A stretch of 64,000 bases of DNA from the human T2T-CHM13v2.0 reference genome, Homo sapiens, in the NCBI RefSeq assembly GCF_009914755.1, contig NC_060926.1, one strand, 5' to 3'. The notes under the pieces were generated by a model. The model was not told the DNA's origin. It saw only the letters and a program-made list of their open reading frames with translations, and ran no database searches. Positions 1 to 13,737 of the stretch are shown piece by piece. A program made the position numbers and the translations under genes. Each line of letters starts with the position of its first letter. The first letter of the stretch is position 1.

Positions 1-244
1 ACTGATAGGTGAACTGTGCACAATCCCATTTTACAGGAAACAGTACTAAGCTGGGAAGAGGATAAAGGATCATGTAGAAATCCATTGTTTTAAAACACCT
101 GTATTACAGAAGAGGCATTTTTTCTTGATGATCTTGAAAAGTTTATACTTCTCCTCATCCAGTCAGTATTAATATTAACCACTTGTAATGATACCATAAA
201 AAGTACTTCCTTAGAAGGTAGTACCAAACACAATTTTCTATGCT

Positions 245-860
245 TCTTTTTTGAACTATTTTTCCAAAATAATTTCGAACTCACAGAAAAATTGTAAGAA
301 CAGTAGAAGAAACTTCTGAATATTCTTTACCCAGATTCCAAGTTAACACTTTACAACATTGCTTTATCATTCTTTCTATAGATATTTACATATTTTTTCT
401 GAACAGCATAGGTGTAGCTGCATACAATGTATCTTCTGACCCCTAACACTTTAGTGTTTATTCCTAGAAACAAGTTTTAAATTCAGAAAATTTAACACTG
501 ATTTAATGCTATTATCTACTCTACACTGTATATTTCAAATAAATTGTTTTAGTAATGTCCTTTATAACAATTTTCCCCCAGTACAAGATGCAATCCAAGA
601 TCTCTTTAGTATCCTTTAATCTGTAACAGTTCATCAGACTTACTTTGTATTTCACATCTTTGAAATCATTGAAGAAACACAGGCTGATGTTTTATAAGAA
701 TTCTCATAATTTTTTTTTTGCTATTTCCTTATTATGTTCAGGTTATGTATTTTAGCAGACATACTACATAAGCAATGCTTTCATACCAGATTATTATATC
801 AGAAGGAACATGATGTCCGTGTGCCCTTTACTAATGATGTTAATTTTGATTCCTTGGTTA
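245..860 (-). mobile_element. Old L1M (L1MC/L1MD-type) 3' end fragment
   Basis: Reverse-oriented 3' UTR motif 'aataatttcgaactcacagaaaaattg...ctttacccagattcc' typical of old L1M 3' ends. Boundaries are approximate. Confidence 0.65.
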
Positions 861-2255
861 AGATACCACTGCAACAAACATCCCTATTACCAAGAGGTAA
901 AGATTTGTCTGCAGTTTTTTTTTCTTTCTTTGAAGACTAAGGATACATAGTCAAAACTGCATTCAAAAGTCACTTGTATTTTTTTTCTTTAAGTATAGCT
1001 ATTCTGTTTGAAATAAGTTGAATTCTTTTGTTTATCTTTGCATTGAGTTTTAGGTTTTCCCCCAACCCCTAGCCTTGTTAGTTTTATTTTTTGAATCTCC
1101 AGAGTATTTATGTCATTACAAAAGTCAAAATTACACAAAAACACTGTACTTAGGAAAAAATTACCCTCTTCCCTATAAATTCCAACATGAACTCATTTCC
1201 ATAAAAAATTAGTTTTAGAAGTTTCTGGTTTATCCTTTTTTAATATAAAAATAATCATGTTTTCTTATTTCTCCTTTCTCCCATAAAGGGTAGCATGCTG
1301 TAGATACTTCTTTGCACTTTGGTCTTCTCCTCTTAATAATAAGTATCGAAAATCAGTTTCTATCAGTTCATAGAAATTTTCCTCATTCCTTTTTACAGTT
1401 AGATAGTACTTTACCATGTGTATGTTCCATAATTTATTCAATCTTCCTTGCTCAGGCAATTTAGTAATTGCCAATAGTTTCTAATTACAAGTGATACTTG
1501 TTAGAGGTGTATCTTTAGTCTAAATTGCTAGAAGTGGAATTTATGGGCCAAATGACTTTGTAGTTTTGTTAGATATTGTCAGATTCCCTTTTAAAAGAGT
1601 CATGTTTTGGATTGCAGCCAACAATGAAAGAGAATGTCCATTTTCCAACAGGTGTGTCAACAGTATATTGTTAATCTTTTGTGTTTTTGCCTATCTAACC
1701 AGTGAGACCTAATATTTAGTATATTTTAATGTAAATTTAAATTTAATAGTATTCAATATACTTAAACTTGAATTTCTCTTTTATAAATGAACAACTTTTA
1801 GTAGATTTGAGGGTCATTTTCACATTTAAAAAATATCTGTGTAGATACTTTGCTCATTTTGAACATAGCCTTTTTTCCTTCATATTAAAAAGTTCCCTGC
1901 CTGTTAAAACATCAGCACTTCAAGATATCTTGTGAATATTGTTTCTGAATTTGCCATTTGTGTTTAGGCCATTACTTGCAAATGGTTTGATTATTTTTAT
2001 GTAGCAAAATGTGTCAGTCTTTTATTGCTTCTCATTTTTGAATGATAGTTCAAAAGCTTTACCGTAAAACTAAGTTACAAAGGCACTTACTGATGCTTTA
2101 ATCTAATATTTATACATTTTTACATTTAAATTTCTGACTCATTTGGAGTTCGTTGTTTTCTGTGGTTTCAGGAGTTAGTTTACTACTTTTAATTTTTTTT
2201 CCAAGTGGGTGTCTAGTTGTCTCAAAATCATTTATCAAAATGTCCAGTTTTTGTT

Positions 2256-2666
2256 TTCTTATTTTTAATAAAATGGTCCTTCTTATGGAAAAATATGAGT
2301 TTGACATTCAAAATGTGTTAACCAACCTAGACTTTCATCAGGCTTTCCCTATTACTATCCCAACCGGAAACAAAAGACTGGGCCCAATAGCTGCCCCAGA
2401 AGAGAAAGTCTTAAGTAGTTAATTATTAATAATTTTATCCCTATTCTCTAAATAAATTCTTGGTTTCAATACAACACTCATTTGTATTCAGGAAGCACCT
2501 GGCCTCTTTAGAGCAATCTCTGATGGTTTGCAAGGAGCTTTTGTCTTGGATTAAATTAGTGATAGAGTTAAAATATTGATACGGACATTACCATTTCCTT
2601 CATGATAAAATAAATGCTTTCCAAATAATAGTGTAATCATTAATGCCTACGCGTAAAAGATAAAGA
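2256..2666 (+). other. Unrecognised A-tailed insertion flanked by a ~18-bp direct repeat (candidate retrocopy or orphan transduction)
   Basis: aaaatgtccagtttttgtt (2237-2255) versus aaaaagtccagttttgtt (2667-2684). AATAAA at 2609-2614 and an A-rich tail at 2655-2670. The host L1 resumes colinearly after the insert. Confidence 0.55.
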
Positions 2667-3199
2667 AAAAAGTCCAGTTTTGTTCCTGATTTGAGATACC
2701 ACTTTATCACATAGTAAATTTCTGTATGAACTTGCGTCTATGTCTGGTGGTTCTCTTCTAGTCTGTTGATCTGTCTATTCAGGTATCAGTACCACACTGC
2801 TTCAATTATAGAGGTTGTGTAATGCATTTTAATGTTCGTCAGGACTAGCACCTACCCTTTCCTCAAAAAGCTTTTCATATTTATTATTTTCCTCAATATT
2901 TTTATATCATCACTTTTTGCATAAAATAGCATCAATTTTTCTAGCTCTAGAAGTAAAGCTTGTTGGTTTGAGAACACATTCAATTCATATATTGGGAGAA
3001 AGTGACATCTTACTGATGTTGAGACGTCCTTTCCATTTGTAATGTGTACTTTTCTGTCTTTCAGGTGTGTTTTATAATTTTCTTCAATGTTTTTCACATT
3101 ATTTTGTTAAGTTTATGCTTTAGCATTTGTATTGTTGTTGCTGACAACATACTAGATTTTTATTCTTCCATTGTATCTTCTAAAACTAGTTATTATTGG

Positions 3200-3587
3200 T
3201 GTATTAGTCCGTTTTCACACTGCTATGAAGAACTGCCTGAGACTGAGTAATTTATAAAGGAAAGAGGTTTAATAGACTCACAGTTCTGCATGGCCAGGGA
3301 GGCCTCAGGAAACTTATAGTCATGGCGAAAGGAGAAACAAGTACCCTCTTCACAAGGTGGTGAGAGAGAGAGAGAGAGAGAGAGAGAAAGAAAGAGAGAG
3401 AGAGAGATCAGGGTAAACTGCCACATTTAAACCATCAGATCTTGTGAGAAGTCCTTCACTATCACGAGAACAGCATGGGAGAAACCTCCCCCATGATCTA
3501 ATCACCTCCCACCAGGCACTCCCTCCAAATATAGGGATTACAATTCGAGATGAGATTTGGGTGGGGACACAGAGCCAAACCACATCA
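3200..3587 (-). mobile_element. THE1D-like MaLR solo LTR
   Basis: TG...CA termini, perfect 5-bp TSD attgg (3195-3199 and 3588-3592), and the diagnostic 'gagatgagatttgggtggggacacagagccaaacc' end. Confidence 0.9.
3362..3407 (+). repeat. (GA)n microsatellite inside THE1D
   Basis: Interrupted GA run read directly from the sequence. Confidence 0.95.
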
Positions 3588-6500
3588 ATTGGTATATATG
3601 AAGACTAATGATTTTTGCCTGTGAATTTATAGCCTGCTACAGTGATGAATTACTTTAAGTTAGTTTTACCATTGATTATTTAGGGTTTTCCAGCAGGTAT
3701 ATATACTATCACTTCATCAGCAAATAAAGACTGTTTCACTTCTTTATCAATTTGTGTGTCTCTAATTGTTTAGTCTTGTCTAATTACAATGACTAATGAT
3801 TTCAGAATAACATGAAATGTAATGGGCACAGTGGACATATTGGCTTTTTCCTGATCTCAGTGGAAATTCTTCTGCTTTCCTGTTAAGTAACATGCTGGCT
3901 TTATAATTGTAGCATATGTTTTTATCAGGTAGCCATTTATCCTTTTTCAAGGGCTTTTTAAATTAAGAATTGGTATTGAATTTGTCAAATGCTTTTTCAG
4001 CTTCTATGAAAAAAGACAATTTTTTTCCTTAGACTTAGTAAAATGGTGATTGATATTCAGATTTTCCATGATCAAAATTTACATTCTTGATACAAATAAC
4101 ACTTGGTCATGACCTTTTTTTTGGATACTTTTCTATTTGTTAATATTTACTTAGAATCTTTGTTTTAATGTTGATGAGTGGTGTTGGTTTGTAATTTTCT
4201 TTTTTTTTCTATTAATATCAAGTCTATGTATTAATGTTATACTAGCGTCATATAAAGAATTTCAATGTTTAAGTTTATTTTTTATGCTTCCAGACATTTT
4301 ATATAGCATTTGAACTAGTTAATTACTAAGTACTTGAAATAATTATGAACTATTTGGGGATAGTCATTTTTGTAGAGTGGTTCCCTGTCAACTTCTTTCT
4401 TTTAAAAGATCTCTCAGTAGGTTTGTTTTGGTGAACTCTATTTTGCTTGGAAATCATACATTTCATCTAGATTTTCAAATTACTTGTGTGGAGTGAAAAG
4501 TAATTTCTTACAGTTTTAAAAAATATTTACTCTGAATCAATAGTTATTTATTCCTTGTAATTTCTTATTATGTATATTTATGCTTTATCTCCTTATTTCT
4601 TGATTAAATAGTGGCTTGTGTGTGTGTTTCAAATACTTTTTCTCAAAGAAACAGGACTTTGGTTTATCAAATTGATCTACTGTTTTACTATGTTCTACTT
4701 CATTAATTTGTTTTCTTTTTATTGATTCTTTCCTTGTGCTTCTTCCTGTTTACTTTGTTTTTCTTTTTCTAGATTTTTAAGTTGGAAATTGAATTCATTT
4801 ATTTTTATTTTTAAGTTTTTACTGATATTGGTGTTTAAAACTATAAATGGTTTCCTGGTAGCTGCTTTAAATTTATCACTTAGATTCAAATGTATAGTAT
4901 TTCATATCATTATTTTTTAGTATTCTAATTTTTGTTTGTATTTCTTCTTTCACTTAAGAGTAAAGGTTTTTTTAAATTTCCAAGCAGAATGGGTTTTAGT
5001 TTTATTTTTAGCTTTATTTCATTGAATCAGGAATGTTAATTTTAAAAATATTTTGAAATTCATGAAATTTTCTGAGCAACTTATATGATCAATGGTTGTA
5101 AATATTTTGTATGCACTTAACAAGAATCCCCATTCTCAATTATTATGGCATAGTGTTTGATATATTTCCAAAAAATCTACCTTACTTATTTTGTTTAGTT
5201 CTGCTACATCTTTACTCATATTTTAATACAGTTGATGTGTTTTACATGAAGAATGGAACGTTAAAATATCCTTCTATCAGTGTTTCTATTTTTATTTGAG
5301 TCAAAAATATCCATAACTGTTATATGTACATTATAAATTGCTGCTTAAGGTTCTCTGTCGTTTCAGCAGCATCCTTAATTTTTCTCCCACTTCATTCTTT
5401 CTTTTCACTGCCATATCTCAAGGGTCACACCTTTTATGTCTATATCTCCTAGAAACAATACTTCTTTTAGGCTTCAACCTCTGCTCCTCCTCACATTCAA
5501 GCCCCTTTTCTGTAAATGATGCAGTGAACCACTCAGGCCCAGGTCTGTGCTCAGTATTGGTCTTTCTCTTTCTGAGGTAGATTTTGCCTATGCTTCGTTG
5601 ATGACATTGAATCCTATCTACTTTTTCATATGTAGTCACAAAGGATTCCCCTCCTCCCTGTTCTCTTCAACCAAAGGCTTGTAGAGGCAAAGGAAGCTCT
5701 GATGCATTGTAGTATGTATTTCTCTACTTCCAGGCAATATAAAGTTTATGATATTCTCAATTTCTAGTAGTAATGCTGAAGGCATGGATCCTGTGTGGTT
5801 TTATTAAGCAAGATCCTGTTGATCTTGTTTGTTATTTAAGATCATGTATACACAGAGAGAGACTTAGGCAGCCACCATTTTCTTAAGCCAACCTCTTTTA
5901 ACTTGAGTTGGAGGCACTGGACCCTCTGAGTAGAATGTGCTTTTAAATGTGGTGTTTGCTGTAAAAAGTAAATGTTCTTACTCTGTTGCTGAGTTGACCC
6001 TTCTAATGCTGTTCTCCTCTGGCACATAATCAAACATTTAGAAAAAAGTTTCATGTGAATTTTTGCATAATCATCCTTCTATCTCTTAAGTGTTTCTTTT
6101 TGGAATGGGACAGACATTTCCTGATCCAATTTGTAAACGAAGATTATCTGTTGGCTTGAGTAATGTCTGCATCTTTCTCCCAAGAAGAAGGTCTTAGGAA
6201 GACTCATATTTTCAATTTTAAGAAATTTCATTTTAGCACTCTCCTTTTCTCCTGATAAAAACACAGTGAATATTAGGACTACAAGAAATTTGAAAAGCTT
6301 GGGCTTATATAAAATTAGCTTGAATATAATGTTCTGTGCAACTCATAACAAATTATCATTTGAAGGTAAATCAGTCCTTTGCTCATTGTTCACACTGCCA
6401 AAACACCTAAGCATAAATCTATGTATTTAATAAGAATAATCAGCAACCACAGGAGCAGCAAGCACTAGAGAAAGATAAACATCAAGGAGTACAATAAAGT

Positions 6501-9094
6501 AATGTACATTTAAAATTTCCCTTTTATATCTGGAAAGAGCTGTTATCTGCTACTGTTTAAAAAATACTCACAGGTGGGACAAGGAATACAATTCCAATCT
6601 CGTGTGTAAAATTAATAAGTATTAAATTCAGGAAAATTTTTGAAATAAAATAATGAGTTTATGCTGACACATCACAGAAAACAGCCTTTTTTTAAAGTTT
6701 TATGTTCTATTCTGTCAGCAAACATGCCTGAAACTTTAGGATCTTTGAATGGCAGATCATTCTGTAGACAAATATTTCAGTGCATTTGGGTACCCTTTTG
6801 ACGACATTGGTCATATTGGCTAGACTTGGCTAATTATTTATTGCATAGGAAGTGGTGGTGGTAAATATACATTCCATGCAAAACTCTTAGTGACTGGTCA
6901 GTTCAGCTGAACATATACTCAAAAACAAAATAAGTTAATATGCTCTTAAATAGGAATCTGAATAACCTATCATATAGTATCAGTAAATATCTAAAAGATA
7001 GTTTGTTCATTTATGTTATGAAGTTTAAGACCTCACCTAAGCTCTGTAGTTTGTCTTACCCATATAAAAAGCAGCAGGAATTTTGCCTATAGACAATCCA
7101 GCACTGAAGAACCTGATAAGGTAAATTATCCCTGAATTAAATAATGAGTGGTGTAATACAATACTATAACCACATCTGTATTTCTGAAAGAAAGAGGTAA
7201 GAGATATGAGTAGCTTACATGAGCACCTACTTACTCCAGTGTGTCTTTTTCATTTCTTTAGTTACTTCAAGACCTGCAATTAGCCCACAAAATCCTTCAG
7301 GTTCTCAGTAGCCAAATAAAGTAAAATTGCAGTTAACCCAAGGTGGAGCATTTTGGTCATTAGGAGTGGTGGTTAATTGTGTTATTTTTGTTACTAATTC
7401 ACAGTAATCACTTTCTGTTTCAGTATTCTTGCTGAAATACTTTGAGAAAATAAATTAACTTAATTTCTCCACTCAGTGAGAGATAATATAAATAAAGTTG
7501 TACCGGTATAGTAGGACATATGCTAGAATTATTTCTTTGTTAAAAAAAAAAAAAAACCTGATCTTGGAATCCAGAATAAATAATGCTTTACATATAACAA
7601 AGCCTTCAATAAATATGTTGAGAGGATGAATAATTAGAAATTGCATCTCCATTTAAATGGAACACAAAAATAGTTCATTATGAGTCTTGTTAGCAAAGTT
7701 CTGGTTAAAAGTATTTTAAGGCAATTGGTTCTAAATCCTCCTTAGCAAAGAGTGAATGTTTTTATAACATCCCACTTAGGATCACAAGGCCTGCCAATTC
7801 ATTAGGGTGTCTGTGAAATAAGGGATTTAGATGAAAATTTTAGGGTTCATTAACAACCTCCACTTCTAAGAATAATTAATCTTTTTATTGTGAATGATAA
7901 CCAAGCTCATGTACAAACTCTCTGAATTACTAATAACCCTGGCAGGAGGTGTGTATTAGTAAGGTCTATAGTAGGTAAGCCTAAGTGTTAGTTGATGGAA
8001 TCTTGAAGAGAAACAGATTTGTTCCTGTTGAAATGCTATTATCCTTGGGGTGGTAGACAGATGAAAGAGGAATTCACTTTGTTAATAATGTGTAGCATTC
8101 TAAATCTGCTAATAGGTCATTTATTTATATGGCTCTTGAATGACTACCTTTGGGAAATCCCAAATGATTTCAATTAAAGTGGTCATTATGGAAGTCAATA
8201 ATTATGGTGGTATTTGAGAGGCAGTTCTTTTGTAATATGAGATAAATGAAGAGAAGATATCACCAAAGCCTTAGGGACTTGGAAAGTGACAAGAAATATG
8301 CAACAATATTTAATGTACATGTTAGGACATATTTGAAACATGGCTGTGATCCTTGTGGCCTCATCAAAAGTTTCTTAACTTGATGATCCTGGAAGAAGTG
8401 TGAATATGAGTGTTGGAAGCTAAGCAGTGTTGCAGAACAAAAGCAGTGCCTTTGGACAACAGTTGCTATGCATGAGGGAAATTAAATCATTATAATCCTA
8501 TGGAAGCAGAAAGTAAAGTGACAGAATTGGCTAAGGTGTTCCTGCAAAGAACCCATGTTTGCATCTTCTGATGCCCAAATATAGTCCTTTCACTGACCTC
8601 AACACCTGCCTCACACTAGATTTTAGAACGTCCTTGATACGGGTTCAGTACTAACTTCCCACTTGCTGTCTGGCTGTACTTTTTCAGCTCACAAAATGTA
8701 ACTATTTATTGCTGGTAAGAGATTATTGGTCATACTCTTAACGTTATTACTGAATTATGTGGTACAAAGTAAATATACTACTGTATTTCTTTGTTTCCAT
8801 TTTCTGCATTATGTTGAACATGACATTATTTTACCAAAATCTGCCCACTCCCAGCTAGCTCACTGTAATATTTTTTATTCATTTACAAAGAATAACTTAT
8901 TTTAGCCAAAAAACAGGTACAGCTTGTGACTCAAGAGGATAAATTATTCATAGCCACTGAACCATGTCTTTGCTTGGTTTCTTAGAGTTCTTTGAGAGAT
9001 TTTGTGGGAATTATCCAAAACTTCTACCTCTTCCCATTCAGTTAATTGTCACTGAATTCATTTTTTCTTTTTCTATTTGTTTACTTGCTTATTT

Positions 9095-9342
9095 ATTCAT
9101 TCATTTATTTTAGGAAGAATATTTAACATGTGATCTATACTTTTAACAAATGTTTAAGTGTACAATACAATACTGTTAACTATAGGTATGATGTACAGCA
9201 GATCTCTAGAACTTATCTATCTTGCATAACTGACATGTTATTCCCATTGAATAGCAACTTTCTGTTTCTCCCTCCTCCCAGCCCTGGAAACCCCCATTCT
9301 ACTCCCTGCTTCTATGAGTTTGGCTATTTCAGATACCTCATG
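9095..9342 (-). mobile_element. L1MB-type 3' end fragment
   Basis: 'aagtgtacaatacaatactgttaactatagg...gtacagcagatctctagaacttat...cccagccctggaaacccccattcta'. Confidence 0.8.
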
Positions 9343-9989
9343 CATTCTTACATTACCTAGATGAAACCCAGGTTCTGTTTAAGATCTAAGCCAAAAGGGG
9401 AGCTTGAAACCTCTGTGATTTTATGATCTTTCTAGTCATAAAGATATCTAAAATCAGTTTAAGATGTTTATGAAAAATTTTTTAAATTAAAAACTTGAAC
9501 AGGAAAATTATCCACGAACAGTAGAGAATGTGTTTTTCATGCTTTTCACTATACACTTAATAGCAAAGTGTGAAACGATCATCTTTCTAACACCTAAACT
9601 AAGACTTTGTCTGCAATGATTTTGGCTTTTTCTGTTCACTCTGTCAAGACACTGATCACCCTATTCAAGACCAATGCATGCCACTGGAGAATGTCAACAA
9701 AAACCTCCACCCAGTTGTGCTGTGTAAGATTTGGAAGCGCTGTTTCACAGTAGGTTGGTGATCCAACACTCAAGTACTAGACATCCCTGGATGACTCAAA
9801 GCCCATGAACTTGATATCTGAGACTAAGCTGACATAACAGAGGTAAAACTCCTATCTTATGATGCCACAATCCTATCTTCTTTTAGAGGTTATTGAACAG
9901 AGTTTTCTGTATCCCTGAGTGCAGAAATACATACTGTATTCTTATATAATTTCTTAGCCTATTTTATTACCTAGCTTCACATTACCAAT

Positions 9990-10082
9990 TGATTCAGGGA
10001 AGCTGAATCAATACTTTCCAAACATAAGCAGTTGGAATTTGAGTTTGCCTGAATTCCAGTGCCTGAGCCTATCACTGTGCTA
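9990..10082 (-). mobile_element. MIR fragment
   Basis: Degenerate MIR core 'ggaatttgagtttgcctgaattccagtgcctgagc'. Confidence 0.4.
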
Positions 10083-11699
10083 CAGAAATCCATATATCCT
10101 TTATCTAGCCCAGTGTTATAAGATGGTTAGACCCCCCTGAATATGAGCAACCAGCACTATCCAGCATGTTTGGATTGTAGCCAGGCCTCATTGCATGCTT
10201 TTCAGTACTAGGACTTCCTCAACAACTGTGATACTCAATGACTACTGACTCCCTCTGCAACCTGTGCTACCACCACATTTTAACCTCCATTGTGCCACAG
10301 CTACTTACCAAGAAGATATCAGGGTCCATTGAGGTCTGTGTTGCACAGGGTCAGCTCTGTCCAGACACCACAGGATGTGTTGTTCTGTCTTGATTTTTCC
10401 TATAACAAACCTGCTAATGCCTCAAAGCAGTTTAATCAACAATGATCATTTTTATTATCAGCAAAATATGTGCCCCTACCTCGGTGTTCACATAAATAAT
10501 CATCGAAAGCAGAGGTACTTAATGTAGTTTTTAAGGTAAATTTATTTGTTTAAGTGAAATATGATATGGGGTTGCCCTAGTTGAAGTAGGAATGGAGGAT
10601 CCAGAACACTTCCTTTTGGTTCTTTTCTTTGCTGCTCCACCTTACCCCTTACTATTGAATTCCCTGAGATAGCTTCAGGTCTGAGCTAGAAATTCTCAAA
10701 GCTCCAGTTGACCTTCCTGACCCCACCTTAGCAGCTGAATGCTGGTGAAATATTTACCATCTATAAGCAATGCCTCCTTAGGGAAAGACCAAGTCTGAGC
10801 CATCTCTGGTTTATCTGACAATCCCAGCAAAGCAGTGATTGCTACATAGAAGCCATCTGCTCCACTGTGGTTCCCATGCATGGTTTTCCATCCTGGATCA
10901 TGCTCTCCTGCTGTTCCAGGATAACCCCACACACCCTGCATCAGGATGTGATCCTAGTTTCTATTGAAAACCAGCACCCTGACTCCACACTAACAAGAGC
11001 TGAATTGAACTAGACTTCTGATGGTTCCAAAGCAGAACTCAAATACATGGTTGATTTGGAGAGATTTTTATCCTGAGACTCAACTTTAACATGAGTGGTA
11101 CACTTAATCCAACACAAAGGTGACAATTAGATAGATATAGTGCATAAACAAGAGAAAATCATTAGGAAAAACTTTTATGAAGTACCTGAAGCCAGTTTCC
11201 TGTAATCTAACCAACTTCTTTATCTGTTCATTTCAATCTTTCATTAAACAACAATTTTCAGAACATCTTCTTGGTGGCACTTCATAAACTTTCAATACCA
11301 GTTGGCACTTTTTCTTCTGAATGTGGCTATTTAGTCACAGATTGTACCTGCTGGCCATTGACCTTTATCTAGGACTGACCCAGCACTCTCCATCTCTGCA
11401 CAGCCACCACCTAAAGCCACCACAAGCATTCAAATTTCATTATTGTCATATGGAGCATAACTATGATGAGTTATTAGAAACATATTTCAGTTTTCTACTA
11501 AAGTTGGTGCCTCTTATTGCAAGTATAATATCATTTCATGAAAAAGTATGAGAAAAACTTTTTTCTTTGTCTAAGTAAACTTTGCAAACAGTATGCCTCT
11601 AAAAACAAAGTATAGGACACAATAGAGATATAAAAGAGAAGGGGAAACTGTACATGGGAAAATGACTTTGAACACTTATAAGTACACTTATAAGTGTGT

Positions 11700-11810
11700 T
11701 GATTACACACACATATGTATATATGTACACAAAATATATAAATATAAAATATATATAAGAATGTACATGTATGTACATACAATGTATATGTATAGCAATA
11801 TATGCACAAA
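11700..11810. repeat. (TA/CA)-rich low-complexity tract
   Basis: Alternating purine-pyrimidine tatata/cacaca/tgtaca run. Confidence 0.8.
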
Positions 11811-12369
11811 ATTCCTAACCATACCTTTAAATAGTTGTTTTCATGTTCAAATACATTTTTCCTGTATTATTTTCACCTGGGTATTGAAAGGCTTTAGTAT
11901 AAAGAAAAGGTACTAAGTATAAACACTAGTGCTGAAGAGACGCAGAGCAAAATAGTGGAATCGAAAGTTTCACCAATTGTTCCCGCCACCACCCCCAGCA
12001 AGACACCAAGTTTACAACTATCTACATAGAAAAAATACCTTCGTAAGAACCAAATATTAAGTGAGCACTCATAGTACCTGGTTTTAACTTCATGTCTCTG
12101 GAAGAGGAATTGAAGAGATTAAAAAAACAGTCCTGAATCATTGACACCACGGCAGCCATGGACTGGTGTGGAGAGCATCTATGGGTGTTGAGAGAGGGAA
12201 AACACAGCAATTGTGAGGCACAGAACTCAGTTCTGCCCTGTTAGTGCAGAAAGGAAAACCAGACCAAACTCAGATGATGCCCACCCACAGAGGGAGCATT
12301 TAAACCAACCCTAGCCAGAGGAGAACTGCCCATCCTAGTGGTCTGAACTTGAGTGCTTGCAAACCTTGC

Positions 12370-13240
12370 TTGAAACAGAGATATGTGACCTTTCGGACAG
12401 AGAATTCAAAATAGCTTTTTTGAGGAAATGCGAAGAAATTCAAGATAACACTGAGAAAACTCAGAATTCTATCAGATACATTTAAAGAGGTTGAAATTAT
12501 AAAAAAGAATCAAGCAGAAATTCTGGAGCTGAAAAAGATAATTGGTATATTGAAGACTGTATCAGAGTCCTTTAATAGCATTGCTTTAATGAACTGAGCA
12601 GAAAAAAGAAATAGTGAGCTTGAAAACAGCTATTTGAAAATACACAGTCAGAGGAGACAAAAAAAAAAAGAATAAAAAGCAATGGAGCATGCCTACGGGA
12701 TATAGAAAATAGCCTCAAAAGGTCATATCTAAGAGTTACTGGCCTTAAAGAAGAGGTAGAGAAAGAGAGGTAGAAAGTTTATTCAAAGGGATAATAACAG
12801 AGAATTTCCAAACCTAGAGAGAGATACCAATATCCAAGTACACGAAGGTTATAGAACACCAAACAGATTTAACCCAAAGAAGACTACCTCAAGTCATTTA
12901 ATAATCAAACTCCCAAAGGTCAAAGACTAAGAAAGAGTACTAAAAGCAGCAAGATGAAAGAAACAAATAACATGCAATGGAGCTCCAATGTCTGGCAGCA
13001 GACTTTTCAGCAGAAACCTTACAGGCCAGGAGAGAGTAGCATGACATATTTAAAGTGATGAAGGAGAATAACTTCTACCGTAGAATAGCATATCTGGTGA
13101 AAATATCCTTTAAGCAAAAAGGAGAAATAAAGACTTTCCCAGACAAACAAAAGTTGAGGAATTTCATCAGTACCAGACCTGTCCTATAAGAAATGCTAAA
13201 GGGAGTACTTCAATCCAACAGAAAAGGATGTTAATGAACA
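12370..13240 (+). pseudogene. L1MA ORF1 remnant (disrupted)
   Basis: ORF1 motifs 'gacttttcagcagaaaccttacaggccaggagagag' and 'ggagaaataaagactttcccagacaaacaaaag'; multiple stops and frameshifts. Confidence 0.75.
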
Positions 13241-13737
13241 ATAAATCATATGAAGATACAAAACTTACTGGTAATAGTAAGTACACAGAAAAACACTGAA
13301 TATTATAACATTGTAACTGTGATGTGCAAACTACAGTATCCTCAGTAGAAAGACTAAATGATGAACCAACCAAATCAAAAATAATAACTACAACTTAATA
13401 ACTTTGAAAAACATAGTACATTAAGATATAAATAGAAACCAAAAGCTAAAAAGTGCAGAGATGAAGTTAAGGGAGTTTTTATTAGTTTTCTTTTAGCTTG
13501 TTTGTTTGTTTATGAAAATAGTGTTAAGTTGTTATCAGGTTAAAATAATGGTTTATAAGGTAGTATTTGCAAGCTTCATGGTAACCTCAAACCAAAAAAC
13601 ATACAATGGATTAAAAAAAGTAAAAAGCAAGAAACTAAATCATGTCAGCAGAGAAAATAACCTTCACTAGAGGAAGACAGGAATGAAAGAAAGGAAGGAA
13701 GAGAAGACCACAAAACAATCAGAAAACAAATTTTTAA

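Larger units (their letters stand above)
1075..5883 (-). mobile_element. Highly degraded ancient L1M (L1ME-like), internally deleted and interrupted by two insertions
   Basis: T-rich antisense ORF2-like motifs such as 'cagtaccacactgcttcaatta', 'ttgggagaaagtgacatctt' and 'tgttggtttgtaattttct'. A YY1-like 5'-terminal motif 'gcagccaccattttc' lies near 5867-5882. No open frame remains. Confidence 0.65.

Noticed and set aside
109-218. Possible plus-strand exon (ttacag|AAGAGG...GAAG|gtagta) with an open frame EEAFFLDDLEKFIL
   Set aside because: No polypyrimidine tract, weak donor, no recognisable protein and no partner exons.
8152-8161. Perfect NF-kB-type site GGGAAATCCC
   Set aside because: A single degenerate 10-mer in 64 kb is expected by chance, with no supporting cluster.
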